Of a DNA stretch of 64,000 bases, positions 58,915 through 64,000 are shown piece after piece. How positions within the stretch are numbered: position 1 is the first letter of the stretch; every line of letters begins with the position of its first letter. The translations under genes were made by a program, and so were the position numbers. The notes beneath the pieces are model-generated. The model was given only the letters and a program-made list of their open reading frames with translations, was not told where the DNA came from and ran no database searches. This stretch comes from Fidelibacterota bacterium MT.SAG.2 (lineage in GTDB: Bacteria > Fidelibacterota > SORT01). The DNA lies in the NCBI GenBank assembly GCA_004402915.1, contig SORU01000001.1, positions 24,908 through 88,907 of the forward strand. Reading direction: 5' to 3'.

Positions 58915-59766
58915 ATGAATCCTCACCATTTTGATATAGATACTTTGACCTTTACAGCCAAAGAGATCAGGGGCGATATTCTGCGTATGCTTGAAAAAGC
59001 GGGCTCCGGTCATCCGGGAGGATCTCTCGGTATGGCTGACATTTTCACGGCGCTATATTTTAACATTCTCAATCATAGTCCGGAAGATCCTTTATGGCCA
59101 GAGAGGGATAGAGTCGTACTGTCGAATGGACATATTTGCCCGGTACTTTATGCAACCTTGGCAAGAGCGGGATATTTTGATTTGGAGGAATTGAAAACTC
59201 TGAGAGTGCTTGGTTCGCGCTTACAAGGGCATCCAAGCAGACTCGATCTTCCGGGTATTGAAACAAGTGCCGCATCATTGGGTCAAGGTCTTAGTATCTC
59301 TGTAGGCATGGCTCTGGCTGCGCGATTGGATAAAGAGAAGCATAAGATATTCGCTTTACTAAGCGACGGTGAATTACAGGAAGGCTCAAGCTGGGAAGCA
59401 GCCAATGCAGCAGCGAAATGGCAACTGGATAATCTGATAGCCGTTGTAGACAGGAACAACATCCAGATAGACGGAAATACGGAGGATATTTTTCCGCTCG
59501 AACCGTTGAGGGATAAGTTCGAGGCATTCAATTGGATAGTATTAGAGATAAACGGAAATGACATGGAACAAATTCTTCAGGTGTTTGAAAGCGCCTTAAA
59601 AATGAAAGGGCGACCGATTTGTATTATCGCACATACTACACCCGGAAAAGGTATCTCCTTCATGGAGAATAAGTATGAGTGGCATGGTATTGCGCCGAGC
59701 AGAATAGAAATGATGGAGGGCTTGGCGGAGTTGAGGCTTGAAGAGGTTGCGTATGAAAGGAATTAG
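58915..59766 (+). CDS. Transketolase, N-terminal (TPP-binding) subunit
   Basis: SGHPGGSL, LSNGH, LQGHP, SDGELQEG..WEA. Confidence 0.93.
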   Translation: MNPHHFDIDTLTFTAKEIRGDILRMLEKAGSGHPGGSLGMADIFTALYFNILNHSPEDPLWPERDRVVLSNGHICPVLYATLARAGYFDLEELKTLRVLGSRLQGHPSRLDLPGIETSAASLGQGLSISVGMALAARLDKEKHKIFALLSDGELQEGSSWEAANAAAKWQLDNLIAVVDRNNIQIDGNTEDIFPLEPLRDKFEAFNWIVLEINGNDMEQILQVFESALKMKGRPICIIAHTTPGKGISFMENKYEWHGIAPSRIEMMEGLAELRLEEVAYERN

Positions 59767-60739
59767 GGCAGAGATGAAGTTAGCGCCCAACTTATTCAAG
59801 AATCCGGAGCTCAAAGCAACCAGGGCAGGATTTGGGTCCGCTATGACCGCTCTTGGAGAATCAGACGAAAATGTCGTCGCTCTCTGCGCCGATCTTTCGG
59901 GGAGCCTGAAGTTGGGAGATTTCATTAGTAAATGGCCTGACAGGTTTTTTCAGAGTGGTGTCGCCGAGCAAAATATGGTAAACATGGCAGTCGGATTGGC
60001 TCTTTCCGGGAAAATCCCGTTTGCTACAAGTTTCGGTGTTTTTATGCCGATGAGGACCTTAGATCAGATACGTATCTCTGTTTGTTACAATAATGCAAAC
60101 GTTAAACTCGCTGCCTCGCATACAGGAATCACTGTCGGACCTGATGGCGCAACACACCAAGTTTTGGAAGATATAGCAGTAATGCGCGTATTACCCAAAA
60201 TGAAGGTAATAGTTCCTGCAGATGCTATTGAGACCGAGAAGGCTACGATAAGCGCTGCAAAGATAGACGGACCTGTTTATCTACGCTTCGGAAGACAAAA
60301 CGCCCCTGTATATACTACCAAAGATACTCCGTTTGAGATAGGCAAAATAAACAAATTGAGAGATGGAAAAGATGTGGCGATAGTTGCATGCGGAGTTATG
60401 GTATATATATCCCTTCTTGCCGCGGAAGAATTGTCAAAGAACGGAATTGAGGCAAGTGTGTTGAACTGCCATACGATCAAACCGATAGATACCGAAGCAT
60501 TGATAAAAGCCGCAAAAGAGTGCGGCGCGGTGGTAACTGCAGAAGAACATCAAAAAAGCGGCGGATTAGGCAGCGCAGTAGCGGAAGTTCTCGTGGAATC
60601 GGAGAATGTTCCGATGAAGATAATAGGAATCGAAGACCGGTTTGGCGAATCGGGGGAATCGGACGAGTTGATGGAAAAATACGGTTTGACTTCGACAAAT
60701 ATAGTTAAGGCAGTTAAAAACGTTCTCAAGAGAAAATGA
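59753..60739 (+). CDS. Transketolase, C-terminal subunit
   Basis: [28 protein letters not shown]. Confidence 0.93.
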   Translation: MKGIRAEMKLAPNLFKNPELKATRAGFGSAMTALGESDENVVALCADLSGSLKLGDFISKWPDRFFQSGVAEQNMVNMAVGLALSGKIPFATSFGVFMPMRTLDQIRISVCYNNANVKLAASHTGITVGPDGATHQVLEDIAVMRVLPKMKVIVPADAIETEKATISAAKIDGPVYLRFGRQNAPVYTTKDTPFEIGKINKLRDGKDVAIVACGVMVYISLLAAEELSKNGIEASVLNCHTIKPIDTEALIKAAKECGAVVTAEEHQKSGGLGSAVAEVLVESENVPMKIIGIEDRFGESGESDELMEKYGLTSTNIVKAVKNVLKRK

Positions 60740-61779
60740 CAGAAAAAGAAAATTTAAGAGCTGATATTTCTAATCCCGGCGGGATCAAGGAAGAGCATGA
60801 ACTTGAGATGTCGTTACGTCCGCAGTTCTTCAATGATTTTATCGGGCAGGAGAAGGTTGTTGACAACCTGAAATTATATATCAAGGCTGCTCTCGGAAGA
60901 AATGAACCGCTTGATCATGTGTTGCTTTTCGGTCCCCCGGGGCTTGGAAAAACTACAGTAGCAAATATCATCGCGAAAGAGCTTGATGTGAATATTACTA
61001 TGACATCAGGTCCCACACTTGATAAAGCGGGAGATCTCGCAGGAATTCTGACCAAATTATCTGAGCGGGACGTCTTGTTTATTGATGAGGTGCACAGGTT
61101 GAATTCAAACGTGGAAGAATATTTATATTCTGCTATGGAAGATTATCATATCGATATAATGATAGACAAGGGACCTAATGCGAGGAGTGTGCAGCTCAGT
61201 CTTCCCGGATTCACATTGATAGGAGCAACTACAAGGGCAGGATTACTAACGTCGCCCTTGAGAGCGCGCTTCGGAGTGGTCGAACGGCTTGATTTTTATG
61301 AGATTGAAAATTTGCGGGATGTTATCAATCGCTCAGCAAAGATACTTCAAGTCGAGATCGAGGAAAAAGCATCTTGGGAAATTGCAAGAAGATCAAGGGG
61401 CACTCCACGGATAGCCAACAGGTTATTAAGGAGAGTCAGGGATTTCGCGCAAGTGGATGGGTCGGGAGTCATTACTCTTGAATTGTCTAAAGGAGCATTG
61501 AAAAAACTCCAGGTTGACGAGATAGGGTTGGATGATATGGACAAAAGAATAATATCGACAATAATAGAAAAGTTCAATGGAGGTCCTGTCGGTTTAAGCA
61601 GCCTTGCTGTGGCAGTAGGTGAAGAAGGCAATACTATCGAAGAGGTTTATGAGCCTTTTCTGATCAAGGAAGGCTTTCTTCAGCGCACACAAAGAGGCAG
61701 GGAAGCAACAGACCATGCATATAAACATTTTGGTTTGGATAAGCCAGTGAAAAAGCAGGGAACATTATTTACAGATTAG
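60736..61779 (+). CDS. ruvB: Holliday junction branch migration helicase RuvB
   Basis: [38 protein letters not shown]. Confidence 0.98.
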   Translation: MTEKENLRADISNPGGIKEEHELEMSLRPQFFNDFIGQEKVVDNLKLYIKAALGRNEPLDHVLLFGPPGLGKTTVANIIAKELDVNITMTSGPTLDKAGDLAGILTKLSERDVLFIDEVHRLNSNVEEYLYSAMEDYHIDIMIDKGPNARSVQLSLPGFTLIGATTRAGLLTSPLRARFGVVERLDFYEIENLRDVINRSAKILQVEIEEKASWEIARRSRGTPRIANRLLRRVRDFAQVDGSGVITLELSKGALKKLQVDEIGLDDMDKRIISTIIEKFNGGPVGLSSLAVAVGEEGNTIEEVYEPFLIKEGFLQRTQRGREATDHAYKHFGLDKPVKKQGTLFTD

Positions 61780-61792
61780 GAGAAAGATAACT

Positions 61793-62830
61793 ATGGGGAT
61801 GAGATTAGTAGAATTCCAATATAATTTGCCGGAAAGATTTATTGCGCAAAAACCTCTTCAAAGGAGAGACGCATCTAAATTGATGGTTCTTCATAAGGAT
61901 ACGGGGAAAATTGAGCATAGAAAATTTACAAATATAGTGGACTACCTGGACAAAGATGATACTATAGTCTTAAATGAGACAAAAGTATTTCCTGCGAGAG
62001 TACAGGCGATAAAAGAAAAAACGAATGCGAAAGTAGAACTTTTCCTGCTAAGAGAATTAGAGAGCAACATGTGGGAAGTATTGGTAAAGCCTGCTCGTAA
62101 AGTTAGAATAGGAAACAAGTTGAAAATTACCAAAGATGTTTCTTGTGATGTTATCGATAATACTATATCAGGCGGTAGAGTTGTGCGTTTTTCTTGTAAC
62201 GGTGATGATGTATATAAGATAATAGACAAGGTCGGCGCGGCTCCCCTACCTCCATATATAAAACGTAAAGCAACCGCTACAGATAAAAAACGCTATCAGA
62301 CAGTCTATGCGCGGCATACGGGAGCAGTCGCGGCGCCGACGGCGGGGCTACACTTTACAAAACCGCTTTTAGAAAAAATTAAGAAGAAAGGGGTAAATAT
62401 TGTCCCAATTGTTCTTAACGTCGGTCTCGGAACCTTCAAACCGGTTCAAGTCGAAGACTTATCCAGGCACAGAATGGACTCGGAATATTTTGAAATACCG
62501 ATAAGCGCAGCAGACATAGTTAATAAAACGATGGAAGACGGTAAGAAGATAATGGGAGTCGGAACGACATCAGCCAGGGCTATGGAATCGGTATTTATCA
62601 CTGAGAATAGAATTAATCCCGGTATGGGCTGGACGGATAAATTTATTTTTCCACCATATGATTTTAAAGTTATAAACAAATTGATAACAAACTTTCATAT
62701 GCCCGGGTCTACCTTACTGATGCTTGTCTCCGCCTTTGCTACAAGGGATATGATATTTCACGCTTACGAAGTAGCGAAAAGGCATAAGTATCGCTTTTAT
62801 AGTTATGGCGATGCGATGTTGATCCTTTAG
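61793..62830 (+). CDS. queA: S-adenosylmethionine:tRNA ribosyltransferase-isomerase
   Basis: PLPPYI, YQTVYA, AAPTAGLHF, TNFH, FYSYGDAM. Confidence 0.97.
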   Translation: MGMRLVEFQYNLPERFIAQKPLQRRDASKLMVLHKDTGKIEHRKFTNIVDYLDKDDTIVLNETKVFPARVQAIKEKTNAKVELFLLRELESNMWEVLVKPARKVRIGNKLKITKDVSCDVIDNTISGGRVVRFSCNGDDVYKIIDKVGAAPLPPYIKRKATATDKKRYQTVYARHTGAVAAPTAGLHFTKPLLEKIKKKGVNIVPIVLNVGLGTFKPVQVEDLSRHRMDSEYFEIPISAADIVNKTMEDGKKIMGVGTTSARAMESVFITENRINPGMGWTDKFIFPPYDFKVINKLITNFHMPGSTLLMLVSAFATRDMIFHAYEVAKRHKYRFYSYGDAMLIL

Positions 62831-62839
62831 GTTGAAACA

Positions 62840-63532
62840 GTGTCGGTCTCTGCCGTAATAGTAGCTGCGGGCAATTCTAAAAGAATGGACGACGGAATAG
62901 ATAAGCTTGCTGTCGAGCTAAACGGCAAGCCGTTACTTGCTTGGACGATCTCCCGGTTTGAATCTACTGAAATTATCGACGAGATAATCGTAGTGACGAG
63001 AGAGGATGAGATTGAAAAAGTGAAAGAATTGACGCTGTCAGAAGGGTTCCGGAAAGTCAGCTCGATCATAAAGGGCGGAGCATTTCGTCAGCAGTCAACA
63101 CAGAATGGATTGAATGCGACTTCCGACGATTCAACAGTAGTGTTAGTTCACGACGGTGCAAGACCTCTAATTAGAACTTCCGATATAGAAAGAATTGCGG
63201 AGAGCGCCGAAGAAAACGGAGCTGCGCTGTTGGCTCTGCCGAGTAAGGAGAGTGTCAAAGAAGTTCACGACGGGAGAGTCACGAAAACTCTACCGCGAGA
63301 ATCGATTTGGCTTGCGCAGACACCTCAAGGATTCAGAAAAGAGCTGCTGCAAAAAGCTCTATCGGATGCTGAAAAAGAAGGATATGTCGGGACAGATGAA
63401 GCTTCATTGGTGGAGAGAATTGGAGAAGAGGTAGTGGTTGTCGAGGGTCATAGCAGCAATATCAAGGTAACTGTCAGTTCAGATATTGAAGTAGTGCGAT
63501 CGTTACTCGAGGGAGAAGAAGAGAGTGTATAG
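62840..63532 (+). CDS. ispD: 2-C-methyl-D-erythritol 4-phosphate cytidylyltransferase
   Basis: AAG.S.RM, VHDGARP, AQTPQGF, NIKVT. Confidence 0.95.
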   Translation: MSVSAVIVAAGNSKRMDDGIDKLAVELNGKPLLAWTISRFESTEIIDEIIVVTREDEIEKVKELTLSEGFRKVSSIIKGGAFRQQSTQNGLNATSDDSTVVLVHDGARPLIRTSDIERIAESAEENGAALLALPSKESVKEVHDGRVTKTLPRESIWLAQTPQGFRKELLQKALSDAEKEGYVGTDEASLVERIGEEVVVVEGHSSNIKVTVSSDIEVVRSLLEGEEESV

Positions 63533-64000
63533 AGTCGGAATAGGTTATGATGTGCATCCGCTCGAAGAGGGTATTCCCTTAATATTAGGCGGTGTGAAAA
63601 TTCAGCACCCACTTGGTTTAAGAGGTCATTCGGACGCAGATGTGATATGTCATTCGATCACCGATGCCCTTTTAGGCGCGGCGAATATCGGAGACATAGG
63701 AGAGCATTTCCCCGACACGGATGAACGATATAAAAATATATCATCACTCAAACTTCTCAGTGAATCTGTACTCCTTCTCAAAGAGAATGGCTGGGAAGTA
63801 GTGAATATAGATGTTTCGGTGGTCGCAGAGGAGCCGAAAATAAATCCTTATAAGAAAGAGATGATAGATAATATCTCCAATGCCATGAATTGCGATGCGA
63901 ATTCCGTTTCCATTAAGGCAACCACAAATGAAAAATTGGGTCCAATCGGCAGAGGCGAAGGAATTGCCGCTTTTTCAGTGGCGATGTTAAAAGTGATCGA
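63525..64000 (+). CDS. ispF: 2-C-methyl-D-erythritol 2,4-cyclodiphosphate synthase (3' truncated; not in ORF track)
   Basis: GTG start, RVGIGYDVH, GHSDADV, GDIGEHFPD, KATTNEKLG. Confidence 0.95.
   Translation, partial: MYRVGIGYDVHPLEEGIPLILGGVKIQHPLGLRGHSDADVICHSITDALLGAANIGDIGEHFPDTDERYKNISSLKLLSESVLLLKENGWEVVNIDVSVVAEEPKINPYKKEMIDNISNAMNCDANSVSIKATTNEKLGPIGRGEGIAAFSVAMLKVI

Noticed and set aside
58915..60739. Split transketolase as a pseudogene
   Set aside because: Two-subunit transketolases are common, and both ORFs are intact with overlapping ends and an RBS
1..64000. CRISPR arrays, tRNA and rRNA genes
   Set aside because: No regularly spaced repeats, cloverleafs or rRNA-like tracts were seen in the short intergenic regions

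Overview
Gene-dense bacterial chromosome segment, most likely from an FCB-superphylum lineage outside Bacteroidota (for example Marinimicrobia-, Calditrichota- or KSB1-like). This is an inference from SprA, several PorV paralogs, T9SS C-terminal domains and TTGACA-type promoters. Housekeeping genes: leuC-like 3' end, rdgB, etfBA, an acyl-CoA dehydrogenase, uvrA, a split transketolase, ruvB, queA, ispD and ispF. Envelope genes: sprA next to a glutaminyl-cyclase-like M28 lipoprotein, two TonB-dependent receptors, an ECF sigma/anti-sigma module and a Zn/Mn uptake operon. One IS481-like element is present; no rRNA, tRNA or CRISPR array was seen. Best leads: (1) a 13.5 kb SusD-less locus with a TonB receptor, its own PorV, T9SS cargo, OB-fold proteins and a PLD/Nuc-type enzyme, possibly for extracellular nucleic-acid scavenging; (2) a His/Cys-rich exported leader ending in the RAPP ribosome-arrest motif ahead of the metal uptake operon; (3) an unannotated ~120 nt RNA with its own promoter, a C-rich-loop hairpin and a terminator; (4) a Bacteroidota-like Q-rule with the candidate cyclase beside sprA; (5) a catalytically degenerate PdxJ; (6) a covarying REP-doublet repeat; (7) an IS with a 15 bp target duplication and a catalytic Asp-to-Gly change. 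All calls come from reading motifs by eye; no searches were run.
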